Origin: Nitrospirota bacterium
GTDB lineage: Bacteria > Nitrospirota > UBA9217
Direction: 5' to 3'
DNA length: 64,000 bases
Assembly: GCA_963790205.1 (NCBI GenBank)
Contig: CAWBNQ010000002.1
Location: forward strand, 160,001 to 224,000
Within the stretch, counting starts at the first letter, position 1, and each line of letters opens with the position of its first letter. A program made the translations under genes and the position numbers. Below are positions 38,615 through 48,198 of the stretch, in pieces. Under the pieces are notes generated by a model that did no database searches, was not told the DNA's origin, and was given only the letters and a program-made list of their open reading frames with translations.

Positions 38615-38968
38615 ATGACTGCTTTCGAATCCATCCAGAAAAAGATCATCTCATTCCGGAACGAGCGTGATTGGCGGCAATTCCACGATCCCAAGAACCT
38701 CGCCGAAGCCCTTTCCATTGAAGCGGGGGAACTGCTTGAAAACTTCCTATGGAAGACGACCGAGCAGTCCCGCAACCTCACCGCAGAAGAACTCAAGAAC
38801 GTAAAAGAAGAACTGGCTGATATTTTTATCTTTCTCACTTACCTTAGTGAAGAGTATAAAATCGATTTGATGGAAATGGTGGAAAAGAAAATAGCAAAGA
38901 ATGAAGAAAAATATCCGGTTGAGAAGGCAAGGGGTTCAGCAAAGAAGTATACAGCATTTTCTTTGTAA
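38615..38968 (+). CDS. MazG-like nucleotide pyrophosphohydrolase
   Basis: FRNERDWRQFHDPKNLAEALSIEAGELLE.F.W, EELADI, N..KYPVEK. Confidence 0.9.
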   Translation: MTAFESIQKKIISFRNERDWRQFHDPKNLAEALSIEAGELLENFLWKTTEQSRNLTAEELKNVKEELADIFIFLTYLSEEYKIDLMEMVEKKIAKNEEKYPVEKARGSAKKYTAFSL

Positions 38969-39020
38969 GGTGCGATTTCCATATAATGATCATGATACTC
39001 AGTAGAGGAGGGTCTTAAGA

Positions 39021-40124
39021 GTGAATAACGCAAGTGACGTTGTTAAAAACGATGAGTCTGTTGTGGATGATGAAGCCGCAACGGATACTGCTGTCAAGCC
39101 AATTGTTTATAACATTACAAGCTATGGTGCTGACTATGATGTGCGTGGTCTTGTTGACAGACTTGTCAAAGGAGATATTATTGTACCTCCTTTTCAGCGG
39201 GCCTACGTATGGAAGCAAACGGATGCATCTTCTTTTATTGAATCATTGCTGCTCGGTTTGCCTGTTCCTGGCATTTTTCTTTCAACTGAAAAGGAAGCAA
39301 ACAAGCTGTTAGTCATAGATGGTCAGCAAAGATTGCGGACTTTGCAATTTTTTTATAGCGGTTTTTTTGATCCAAAGCCGACTGAAGAAAAAAAGAAAAT
39401 ATTCAAATTGGTTGAGGTTCAGCCACAATTTGAGGGAAAAACATATGAGACATTGTCAGAAAAGGATAAAAGGCGTTTAGATAATGCAATACTTCATGCA
39501 ACGATTATCAAGCAAGAAACACCGCTTGATGGTGACACTAGTATATATCACATTTTCTATAGATTGAATGCGGGTGGTATGATCCTGAAGCCACAGGAAA
39601 TACGAAGGGCGGCTTTTCACGGGCCTCTGCTTGACAAAATAACAGAACTTAATAGTCATGCTGCGTGGAGAGAGATTTTTGGCAAGGTGAACAAAAGACT
39701 TAAAGACGAAGAGCTTATTTTGAGATTCATCGCGTTATATTTTGACGCCAATACATATACAAAACCAATGGAGGAATTCTTAAACAGCTTTGCATCAGGA
39801 CATAACAAACCTCCAGTAGAATTCCTTAAAAATATAGAAAAAATATTTTTGGATACTATTGATATGGCTCATAAAACACTTGGAGCAAAATCGTTCCGTG
39901 TTGTACGGGCAATAAATGCTGCGGTTTTTGACTCGATCATGGTTGGCTTAGCGCGAAGATTGAATCAGGGACCTATTACTGACATTGCGAGTTTAAAAGA
40001 TGCCTATGAAACGTTAATGAAGAATCCAGAGTATTTAAAAGCAACATCAAAAGGAACATCGGATGAGGCAACTGTGGCGTTTAGATTAGATCTGAGTACA
40101 AAGGCCTTTTCGCAAATAAAATGA
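39021..40124 (+). CDS. DUF262 (GmrSD N-terminal/ParB-like) protein
   Basis: PPFQRAYVW, FIESLLLGLPVP.IF, VIDGQQRL.T, IFYRLNAGG..L..QEIR. Confidence 0.9.
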   Translation: MNNASDVVKNDESVVDDEAATDTAVKPIVYNITSYGADYDVRGLVDRLVKGDIIVPPFQRAYVWKQTDASSFIESLLLGLPVPGIFLSTEKEANKLLVIDGQQRLRTLQFFYSGFFDPKPTEEKKKIFKLVEVQPQFEGKTYETLSEKDKRRLDNAILHATIIKQETPLDGDTSIYHIFYRLNAGGMILKPQEIRRAAFHGPLLDKITELNSHAAWREIFGKVNKRLKDEELILRFIALYFDANTYTKPMEEFLNSFASGHNKPPVEFLKNIEKIFLDTIDMAHKTLGAKSFRVVRAINAAVFDSIMVGLARRLNQGPITDIASLKDAYETLMKNPEYLKATSKGTSDEATVAFRLDLSTKAFSQIK

Positions 40125-40612
40125 AAAATCAGGAACTGTCGCGGCAATTACAGCGACTTGCTGGATTGATAGATAAAACTTCAATGGCCTGCAATGGCGA
40201 TTTGGAACTTCAATCGCATTGGGCGAAGTATCTCTGTGTTTTATGCGCGGGTTTTCTCGAAAATGCATTGACAGAAACTTATTCGGAATATGCCAGGGTA
40301 TCGGCTAATGAAGCAGTCTCAGGTTATGTTTCAAGACAACTCGATCGGATTCAAAACCCAAATATACAGAAAATACTTAGCACAACCTATCAGTTTAAAA
40401 AAGCCTGGGGTGATACTCTTGATGAATATATTTCACAAGACGGAAGAAAAGAGGCCATCGAGGCTATAATGAAAAATAGACACAAAATAGCCCATGGTGA
40501 AGATTCCGGTATTACTATCTTGAGGATTAAAGAGTATTTGCCGAAGATAGTCCAGGTCGTAGAATTTATGGAGTTACAGTGTTCGCCAAATACACCGGCT
40601 CAGTGTAGATGA
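40121..40612 (+). CDS. HEPN-domain protein (RiboL-PSP/MAE_28990-like)
   Basis: YLCVLCAGFLE, QNPN, RxxxxH motif NRHKIAHG; ATGA overlap with the DUF262 gene. Confidence 0.8.
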   Translation: MKNQELSRQLQRLAGLIDKTSMACNGDLELQSHWAKYLCVLCAGFLENALTETYSEYARVSANEAVSGYVSRQLDRIQNPNIQKILSTTYQFKKAWGDTLDEYISQDGRKEAIEAIMKNRHKIAHGEDSGITILRIKEYLPKIVQVVEFMELQCSPNTPAQCR

Positions 40613-40613
40613 T

Positions 40614-43028
40614 ATGAAACTCACAGACAATGATATAAGTTCCATCGTGAAACACCTAGAATCTGGCGAATCTTTGCCCGAAAAGTGGCGCAGCAAATTG
40701 TTTCCTGATAGCAGCCATTCGACTGAAATTGGCAAGGAATATCGGCTTGTCTATGAAGGCAAAATGCGTCGCGAGGAAGTCTTGGCTCAGACGCCAGCAG
40801 CACCCTGGCAGCTTGTGCGCCGTTTTTGTACCGATCGACCTCATCCAGACGGTTGGCACAATTTACTTGTTTGGGGTGACAATCTTCTTGCGCTACGTGA
40901 ACTGTTTGCTGACCAGCAGGGACAGAACTGCTTCGGCACCCGCGATAAGATAAAGTTGATCTATATTGATCCGCCATTTGCTACGAAGCAGGATTTCATG
41001 AAGGATAAGGAAAAAGCCTACCGAGATAAAGTCCTTGGTTCGCAGTTCATTGAATTTCTCCGCAAAAGACTAATTCTCCTTCGTGAGCTTCTGGCCGATG
41101 ACGGAATGATCTATGTTCATCTTGATTACAAAAAAAGCCACTATATCAAAACCGTTTTGGATGAAGTGTTTGGTGAGGAAAACTTTCAAAACGAGATCGT
41201 GTGGGAGCGAACGAATGCTCACAATATGCCGACGAAAACTTTCGCGAGAGCTCACGATTCCATATTCCTTTACTCGAAGTCGGATAAATTCTATTTTCAC
41301 AAGCTACGAGAGGCTTACGGCGAAGCTCAGCTTAAGCGGTTCAAGCGTGACAAGGATGGAAGGCTTTACACGGGTAGAGACTTAACGTTTAGTGGCGAAA
41401 ATCCGAAGCGGCGCGACGAATGGCGTGGTTCAAAACCACCGCGGGGTCGATCTTGGGGCTCCTCACTCGAACAGCGGGAAAAGTGGTGGGCCGATGGACT
41501 GATTCTTACAAAGAAAGACGGGACGCCACGGCTGGATGGTTTAAAAACGTATTTAGATGATCTCGAAGGAAAGCCGATCAATACAATCTGGAATGACCTT
41601 AGCCGTATAGGGAATACCTCAGGGGAGCGCACTGATTATCCAACTCAAAAGCCGGAGCAACTGCTTGAAAGAATTATCAGGGCGTCTTCAGATGTGGGCG
41701 ACATTGTGCTGGATGGCTTTGCAGGTAGTGGTACGACAGCGGCCGTGGCAGAAAAATTAGGCCGCCGCTGGATCGCAATGGATTGCGGTAAGCTTGCAAT
41801 CAATACCACACAAAAGCGGCTGTTCTCTCTTACTAATACTGTCGGCAATGTTAAAAAAGATGACCGCGATGAGCCGGCGCGTGTAGAAGATTGGGCAGCC
41901 CACTTGAAGAATGCGCCAGGTATATTTCTCATCACAGAAAAAGCGCGAAAAGGTGAATGTGATATCACTCTTGAGCTACTTGAAGATTGGGCTGCCTTGG
42001 TTAAGAAAAACGGCTTAATGAAGAAGGATTCGGCGTTTTCATTGGCCTGTCCGGAAGACAAACTGAAAATACCATCAACAAAGCTGGATGACACGGACGA
42101 GGGGCCGGGGGTTAAACAGATTAAGATCAAGGGGATTGAGTTTAGAATATCTTACATAGATCCAAAAGAGAAAACAGACAAGGAAAAGCCGCTTTCGGCA
42201 AAAGAGTTCGCTCTTTATCGCGCAGGTGTGTATGACATGGCGGCCATTAAAGAGATGCCATGGCAGGAGTACCGTCCATTTGTTCTCAAACTATTCAGCG
42301 TCCGCGAGCATCCACACGAACGTTATGGATTTTCGCTTGATGGATATGTGAACACGCATTCCACCTTGGTTTGGAACTATCCTGATTATAAAAAACTAAC
42401 GATTGATCACGGCTATGTGGAAGACTTACACCGTACACTTCGAGGTCGTCCTGGAGACCGTTTCTATATTATTGCACCGGTAGTTGCTATGGCCTTTGCT
42501 GAAGATGAAGTGGTTCGCGAAAGTACGACGTATGTTTTCCTCAAGGTACCGCTTTCGGTACTTCTACGCCTGATTGAGAAGAAGGAGCCCGCCGCGTTTA
42601 AACAGCCGACCAAAGAAGCGGATGTGAACGAGGTAATAGACGCAATCGGTTTTGATTTTATCTCGCAGCCGCAAGTGAAGGTAAAGGCCAAGAAGGAAAA
42701 GCGAAAGGGGGATATGTTCCCCGATTGCGTGCTGGAAATCCGCGAGTTCCGAGCGCAAACACTTGCGACGGACGTTGAGGATTTCGCAAATTTCGAAACC
42801 TTCTCAATGGCTATGGTAGACCTTGATTACGATGGCGATGTATTTAAACTCGGCAAAGTCTTCTGGGCCGAAGATCTGTTAAAAGAAGCCGGTGGGTTGG
42901 AAAAAGCTGATCGGCTCACTGTACGTATCCCCGAGCAAGATTTTAACGGGAAAAAGATGATGGTAATTCTCTGTGACCGGTACGGAAACGAAAAGACGCT
43001 TGTATTCGACAAAAAGGAGTTCAGATGA
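40614..43028 (+). CDS. mod: Type III R-M methyltransferase (Mod)
   Basis: WGDNL, IYIDPPF, LDEVFG..NFQNEIVW, YPTQKPE.LLERII, LDGFAGSGTT.AVAEKLGRRWI. Confidence 0.9.
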   Translation: MKLTDNDISSIVKHLESGESLPEKWRSKLFPDSSHSTEIGKEYRLVYEGKMRREEVLAQTPAAPWQLVRRFCTDRPHPDGWHNLLVWGDNLLALRELFADQQGQNCFGTRDKIKLIYIDPPFATKQDFMKDKEKAYRDKVLGSQFIEFLRKRLILLRELLADDGMIYVHLDYKKSHYIKTVLDEVFGEENFQNEIVWERTNAHNMPTKTFARAHDSIFLYSKSDKFYFHKLREAYGEAQLKRFKRDKDGRLYTGRDLTFSGENPKRRDEWRGSKPPRGRSWGSSLEQREKWWADGLILTKKDGTPRLDGLKTYLDDLEGKPINTIWNDLSRIGNTSGERTDYPTQKPEQLLERIIRASSDVGDIVLDGFAGSGTTAAVAEKLGRRWIAMDCGKLAINTTQKRLFSLTNTVGNVKKDDRDEPARVEDWAAHLKNAPGIFLITEKARKGECDITLELLEDWAALVKKNGLMKKDSAFSLACPEDKLKIPSTKLDDTDEGPGVKQIKIKGIEFRISYIDPKEKTDKEKPLSAKEFALYRAGVYDMAAIKEMPWQEYRPFVLKLFSVREHPHERYGFSLDGYVNTHSTLVWNYPDYKKLTIDHGYVEDLHRTLRGRPGDRFYIIAPVVAMAFAEDEVVRESTTYVFLKVPLSVLLRLIEKKEPAAFKQPTKEADVNEVIDAIGFDFISQPQVKVKAKKEKRKGDMFPDCVLEIREFRAQTLATDVEDFANFETFSMAMVDLDYDGDVFKLGKVFWAEDLLKEAGGLEKADRLTVRIPEQDFNGKKMMVILCDRYGNEKTLVFDKKEFR

Positions 43029-45616
43029 GCCTGCAATTTCAAATAATGGATCAGGTACTTCTCCTTGATGACAAGCGCGATACGACTGATGCCATTGTCC
43101 ATAAATACGACGCTTTTTTAAATCTGCTTTGTGGAGATCGCTACGCATTCCAACGTGATGCGGTGCGAGCCGCTTTTCGTTTCCTTGTCTCTGATAAATA
43201 TCCGAACCTTGAACGTCTGGCAAGGGAGAACTGGAGCGACAGCGTCGCCCTCCACCAGCGTCACGACAACCTGGATGCATTTCTGGCCAAAATGCAGCTG
43301 CGTGATCGAAAGGCAGTGTCACTGGACCTTGCCACCGGCACCGGCAAGAGTTTTGTCATGTACGCATTGGCGGCTATAGCTTTAGCTGAAGGCCTTGTGG
43401 ATCGTGTACTTGTGCTTTGCCCTTCGTTAACTATTGAGGAGGGCTTGCTGGGAAAATTCACAACTCTGGCCGGGAATTCTGAGCTTGCAGCTATCATGAA
43501 GGAACTGGGCGCGGTAGCCGCGATCCCTGGCATCAAGCGCGGGAATGAGACCGTAAATAAACACGACATCTGCATTGAAAACATTCATGCGGTTTATGAG
43601 AATGCTGGTTCGTCCATTGCGGACAGTTTTAGAGGTCACGGCGGGCGTACGCTCGTGTTGAACGACGAAGCCCATCACTTGTTTAGCCCGCAGGATAAAG
43701 GGCTCAAGGAATGGCTGAAGTTTCTACTCAAGGAAGACTATGGTTTCCGTTATATCGTGAATGTAACAGGGACACCCTATATTGGCAGCGATGGCAATGA
43801 TTATTTCCCTGATATTATTTTCCGATACGGTTTGAAACAGGCTATTGCGGACAAAGTGGTAAAGAAACCGAACTATAAGCAAGCGGATACCTACAAGACG
43901 AACGATTGGCAGAAAACCTACAAAATCCACGAAGAGAATCGCAAGACATATGGCAAGCAGCTTAAACCGATTACGATCGTTATTACACAGGAAATCGCTC
44001 GTTGTGTGGAGGTATGGAGAGAGCTAGTTGATTTTCTGGCGAAGAAAGACAAAATAACGCGCGAAGAGGCTCAGAAAAAGGCTATTTGGGTCACGTCTGG
44101 TATTCCGACTGGCGCTGATAAAGCTCGTGTAGAAGCGGCATATATTCCACGTAATGATAAGGATTCACCGGAAAAGCAGAGAAGAGACAATGTTGCCATT
44201 CTTCGTCAAGTGGATGAATCATCGAACGAAGTAGAGTGGATCGTTTCTGTCAGCATGCTAACCGAGGGATGGGACGTAAAGAACGTTTTTCAAATTGTTC
44301 CCCACGATTCAAGGGCATTCTCATCGAAATTGCTCATTGCCCAGGTGCTTGGTAGGGGCTTGCGGGTTCCCCCGGGACTTAACAAAGAGCCATTGGTGAC
44401 CATTAATAACCATGAGGCGTGGTCAGGCGAAATTGAAAACCTGCTCAAAGAAGTATTGGAAATTGAGAATACCCTTTCTTGGGGCTATGATCCACGTCGG
44501 AAGGACTTTGTCTTTCCGCTCCATAATCTGCGTTATGAGCCGGAGCAAAAGACAGTAGAGACGAAGCGTGAAAAGGCACGTGATCCGGAAGTAAAGTTCA
44601 TGCCTCAAGACAGGAAGACTACGGAAATGTCCACTTTTTCCGAGACCGGCTTAATGTCAATCGAAATAGAGCATCAGGATCTCTATGATATAGATGATGC
44701 CGTTAAGATAATGCGACTTTTCTTGCGGGAAAAGGATCCGAAGATCGACGTTGCTTGGCCGAAGAATAGGTTGCGCGAGTTTATCATTGATGGGCTTCAA
44801 AAGGCCGGACAAGATACGAGCTTTATCAGTAAGCGAAATGTGCTGCTTCTCCAGCACAGTTTTGGTCCGATGTTTCGAGAACTGGATAAGGAGCATCCCC
44901 GTGTCAGCCAGACCTCGAAAGACGTGGTGTCTGTCGATCTGACTGCAGTACCACCGCAGTCTTTTTCGGAAAGCTCACTAAAAGCTCATGGCTCAATTTG
45001 GTATGTTGCAGAAAAGACACCGCCATTCAGCGGCCTGGAGGTTCATTTGTGGGAGCAATATCTTAAAGCGACGAAGGTAGCCGAAATTGATGCAAGCTTG
45101 CTCAGCGATGATGCGAAGAGTATTGCAGGTCGATTACATATAGCTGACGCGGCCTCTTTTAAATCACCATGGAACGTCCACTACGCCAGCTTCGAGCCAG
45201 AAAGAAAATTCTCCGAACTTCTTTTCGTCAATGCGGACCGCTTTGATGCTTTTGTAAAAATGCCTGATCGCGGCGTCTATTTTTTCCCCTATTCCTATAA
45301 GCCGGCAAAGACCGGTAAAACACATACGGCAAACGAAAATTTCAATCCTGACTATTTTATACGTTTACTAAACTCCAGCGATATTCTTGTGGTTGAAATA
45401 AAGGATGAAGGCGACGATTCAAACCGCAACCGTGCGAAGTACCGAGATGGGCAGAAGCACTTTGATACTCTCAATATCAGACTCTCTGAGATGAAGGAGC
45501 CGTGGCGATATCACTTCTATTTCCTATCGCCGGAAGACTATACCCATTTTTTTGAACAGGTTCGCAAAGGGACATATAAAGCGTGGAAATCTGGATTGAT
45601 GCAGTCGTTAAGTTGA
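43025..45616 (+). CDS. res: Type III restriction endonuclease (Res), SF2 helicase-like
   Basis: LATGTGKS, NDEAHH, TGTP, MLTEGWDV, QVLGRGLR, C-terminal NPDYF..VEIK PD-(D/E)xK; ATGA overlap with mod. Confidence 0.9.
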   Translation: MSLQFQIMDQVLLLDDKRDTTDAIVHKYDAFLNLLCGDRYAFQRDAVRAAFRFLVSDKYPNLERLARENWSDSVALHQRHDNLDAFLAKMQLRDRKAVSLDLATGTGKSFVMYALAAIALAEGLVDRVLVLCPSLTIEEGLLGKFTTLAGNSELAAIMKELGAVAAIPGIKRGNETVNKHDICIENIHAVYENAGSSIADSFRGHGGRTLVLNDEAHHLFSPQDKGLKEWLKFLLKEDYGFRYIVNVTGTPYIGSDGNDYFPDIIFRYGLKQAIADKVVKKPNYKQADTYKTNDWQKTYKIHEENRKTYGKQLKPITIVITQEIARCVEVWRELVDFLAKKDKITREEAQKKAIWVTSGIPTGADKARVEAAYIPRNDKDSPEKQRRDNVAILRQVDESSNEVEWIVSVSMLTEGWDVKNVFQIVPHDSRAFSSKLLIAQVLGRGLRVPPGLNKEPLVTINNHEAWSGEIENLLKEVLEIENTLSWGYDPRRKDFVFPLHNLRYEPEQKTVETKREKARDPEVKFMPQDRKTTEMSTFSETGLMSIEIEHQDLYDIDDAVKIMRLFLREKDPKIDVAWPKNRLREFIIDGLQKAGQDTSFISKRNVLLLQHSFGPMFRELDKEHPRVSQTSKDVVSVDLTAVPPQSFSESSLKAHGSIWYVAEKTPPFSGLEVHLWEQYLKATKVAEIDASLLSDDAKSIAGRLHIADAASFKSPWNVHYASFEPERKFSELLFVNADRFDAFVKMPDRGVYFFPYSYKPAKTGKTHTANENFNPDYFIRLLNSSDILVVEIKDEGDDSNRNRAKYRDGQKHFDTLNIRLSEMKEPWRYHFYFLSPEDYTHFFEQVRKGTYKAWKSGLMQSLS

Positions 45617-45750
45617 AATTATTGGATGTCGAAGAGATAGCGTAGATGGCGTCGCGCAGCAAAGGACGCTGTCTGTTCGACATGCCGAATCCGGGGGGGG
45701 CATTAGCACAAGTGGTAAAACCATAAAACAGAAATCAGGACCTTATCATT

Positions 45751-46215
45751 ATGACACCTGAAAGTCCGAGCGAAGAGAGAAAACAGATATATGCAAGTAC
45801 ACGACAGGATCTCCTTGCTCGAAATTTGTCTAATTCTGAAAAGTACGATAATGCGATACTGACCTTATCTACCGGACTTTTGGGTGCATCATTGGCATTT
45901 ATTAAGGATGTTGTGCCCTTGGATAGAGCCGAATATATTCCGTTGATTAAGTTGTCATGGTGGCTTTTCGGCGCGGCTATTGTTTCCACTTTGGTATCAT
46001 TTGTCGTCAGCCAGCATGCCATTAAGCGGCAGCTGGAATATGCAGAAAAATATTACTTAGACGGAGATGAAAAATACTTAAGAGAAAAAAACGATCCTGC
46101 TACATGGACCGATTATATTAATTACACCTCAGGCGCATTCTTTATTGCAGGTATTATTGCAACTGTCATTTTCGTCTCTGTAAATATAAAAGGAGGGACA
46201 ACTTCGTCTCTGTAA
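45751..46215 (+). CDS. Hypothetical 3-TM membrane protein
   Basis: KYDNAILTLSTGLLGASLAF, WWLFGAAIVSTLVSF, GAFFIAGIIATVIFV; ends inside the 32-bp duplication. Confidence 0.7.
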   Translation: MTPESPSEERKQIYASTRQDLLARNLSNSEKYDNAILTLSTGLLGASLAFIKDVVPLDRAEYIPLIKLSWWLFGAAIVSTLVSFVVSQHAIKRQLEYAEKYYLDGDEKYLREKNDPATWTDYINYTSGAFFIAGIIATVIFVSVNIKGGTTSSL

Positions 46216-46234
46216 ATATAAAAGGAGGGACAAC
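46171..46234 (+). repeat. Perfect 32-bp tandem duplication containing an RBS
   Basis: TTCGTCTCTGTAAATATAAAAGGAGGGACAAC at 46171-46202 and 46203-46234. Confidence 0.97.
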
Positions 46235-46235
46235 C

Positions 46236-46502
46236 ATGTCTAAGGATTCGAAGCAGCAGTTAAATGAAGGAGCGCCAGTGCCGAAACTACAGTGTCTTAC
46301 CGGAATTCCTGAAAAGCAGGATACATCATTCCAACATGTACAAGGTGGAGCTCCGGTTCCGTCAATGCAAAAGATTGAGAGTGCTCCTGCAAAAAAGGGC
46401 GCGCCTGTACCCGCCATGCAGCCAGTTTCACAGCCGGCGCAGACGGGTCAACAAAACCAAGGTTCCCAAGGCAATCAGGTTGGTAACGCCGACAAGAAGT
46501 GA
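46236..46502 (+). CDS. Small Gln-rich protein with three GAPVP repeats
   Basis: RBS AAGGAGG; EGAPVPKLQ, GGAPVPSMQ, KGAPVPAMQ. Confidence 0.7.
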   Translation: MSKDSKQQLNEGAPVPKLQCLTGIPEKQDTSFQHVQGGAPVPSMQKIESAPAKKGAPVPAMQPVSQPAQTGQQNQGSQGNQVGNADKK

Positions 46503-46536
46503 ACATGCAATGCTGTACTGAAATATCATTGGACCT

Positions 46537-47697
46537 ATGTCAAAACAGATTAAAGCTAAAATAACGCCTCAAGTTCTTATCTGGGCGCGGAATCTCTGCA
46601 ACCTCTCGCTTGAAGATGCGGCCAACAGGGCGAAGATCTCAGACACTAAGTTACAAGCGTGGGAAGAGGGCAATGACTTACCCTCCGTACCGCAAGCTAG
46701 GAATCTTGCGGCTCTTTATCGTGTGCCACTAATTTCCCTTTGGCTAAATACGCCACCTACTGATATCAAAATCCCAAAGATACGTGACTTCAGAAGACTA
46801 CCCGGAACTGCTTCAAAAGGGCTTTCTTATAATCTCACGATAGCAATTCGCGAGGCGATTAGCCGTCGCGAACTGGCGTTTGAGTTAGCTGAGAATGTAA
46901 AGAAAACGATACAGTCGTTCTCACTTCATTATCCTACAAGTGTAAGCGTTGATAGTATATCGCCAGAAGTGCGGCGGATTCTCGCTATTGACTGGGATGA
47001 ACAGCGAAAGTGGAAAGATTCACGTATAGCATTCAATGCACTTAAGGAAAAGATAGAAAATGTAGGGGTCCTCGTATTTCAATATCCGAGAATATCGGTG
47101 ACTGAATTCAGAGGGTTTTCAATTTATCATAAGCGTTTTCCAATAATCGGTATCAATAGAAAGGACAGCCCGGCAGCCAGATCATTTACCCTAATTCATG
47201 AGTTCATCCATCTCTTGCTTGGAGAATCAAGCGTATCCAATATATCGGAAATCGAAACAGGCTATGGTCCAGATGAGAAGATAGAAAGACTTTGCAATGA
47301 AGCGGCTGGGGCCGTTCTCGTGCCGGCGGTCGAACTACAAACAGAGCTAGGCTCATCTCGTGATTTCAGCTTGTCGCGACTGAACGCACTGTCAACAGTA
47401 TTTGGTGTATCCAGAGAGTCAATTTCGGTTAGGCTGTATCAGCTGGGGATCATTGATCAGCGTCAACTTAACGTCCTGCTTGACATTATCAAAAAATCAT
47501 ACAAAAAAACCGGCAAGAAGGGTTTTGTCCAACCGCATCAGGATTTTGTCAGCAAGACTGGTAAGCCTATTACGCGGCTGCTTCTTGATAACTTGTCGCG
47601 CGGCCATATAACGGAAAACGATTTTTCAGATTATTCGGGCCTTAAGTTGAAGCAAATACCAAAGGTTGGGCAGGCTGTTTTGGTGTCTGGTGATTAA
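46537..47697 (+). CDS. XRE-HTH + ImmA/IrrE zinc metallopeptidase
   Basis: N-terminal LIWAR..LSLEDAA..LQAWEEG..P, DFR, FRGFSI, FTLIHEFIH (HExxH), ERLCNEAAG..LVP. Confidence 0.9.
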   Translation: MSKQIKAKITPQVLIWARNLCNLSLEDAANRAKISDTKLQAWEEGNDLPSVPQARNLAALYRVPLISLWLNTPPTDIKIPKIRDFRRLPGTASKGLSYNLTIAIREAISRRELAFELAENVKKTIQSFSLHYPTSVSVDSISPEVRRILAIDWDEQRKWKDSRIAFNALKEKIENVGVLVFQYPRISVTEFRGFSIYHKRFPIIGINRKDSPAARSFTLIHEFIHLLLGESSVSNISEIETGYGPDEKIERLCNEAAGAVLVPAVELQTELGSSRDFSLSRLNALSTVFGVSRESISVRLYQLGIIDQRQLNVLLDIIKKSYKKTGKKGFVQPHQDFVSKTGKPITRLLLDNLSRGHITENDFSDYSGLKLKQIPKVGQAVLVSGD

Positions 47698-48173
47698 TGG
47701 CAAAGCCGGAGAAGATATATGTCGTGGATACATGCTCTTTCACCACGTTGCACAAGACATATCCCCGCGATGTATTCCCCGGCGTTTGGGATAAGGTAAC
47801 AGAATTGATTGAGTCCGGACGATTGATTTCTGTTGACGAAGTTCTGCACGAAATAACTCGTCAAGATGACCTTCTTGCAAAATGGGCAAAGACAAAAAAG
47901 GAAATATTTGTACCCTTAACCGAGGAAGTGCAGGATGCAGCGAAGTATATTGTTAATCGCTTTGTGAAAATCCTCGACTTCAAGAAGAACAAGTCAGGTG
48001 CAGATCCATTCGTTATAGGATTAGCACGGATTCGTCCAGAGGCGGTTGTCGTAACAGAGGAAAAATATAGTGGTGGACCGGATAAACACAAGATACCAGA
48101 TATCTGTGATGCTCTGAATATACCTCATATGAATTTTCTTGCAATGATTAAGACTGAGGGGCTGAAGTTATAA
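47697..48173 (+). CDS. DUF4411 PIN-like protein (putative toxin)
   Basis: YVVDT, YP.DVFPGVWD, V..EI, ADPFVI..A, VVTEE, KIPDIC; translationally coupled to the peptidase. Confidence 0.85.
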   Translation: MAKPEKIYVVDTCSFTTLHKTYPRDVFPGVWDKVTELIESGRLISVDEVLHEITRQDDLLAKWAKTKKEIFVPLTEEVQDAAKYIVNRFVKILDFKKNKSGADPFVIGLARIRPEAVVVTEEKYSGGPDKHKIPDICDALNIPHMNFLAMIKTEGLKL

Positions 48174-48198
48174 ATAGCGCACTGAATGTTCTGTATCT

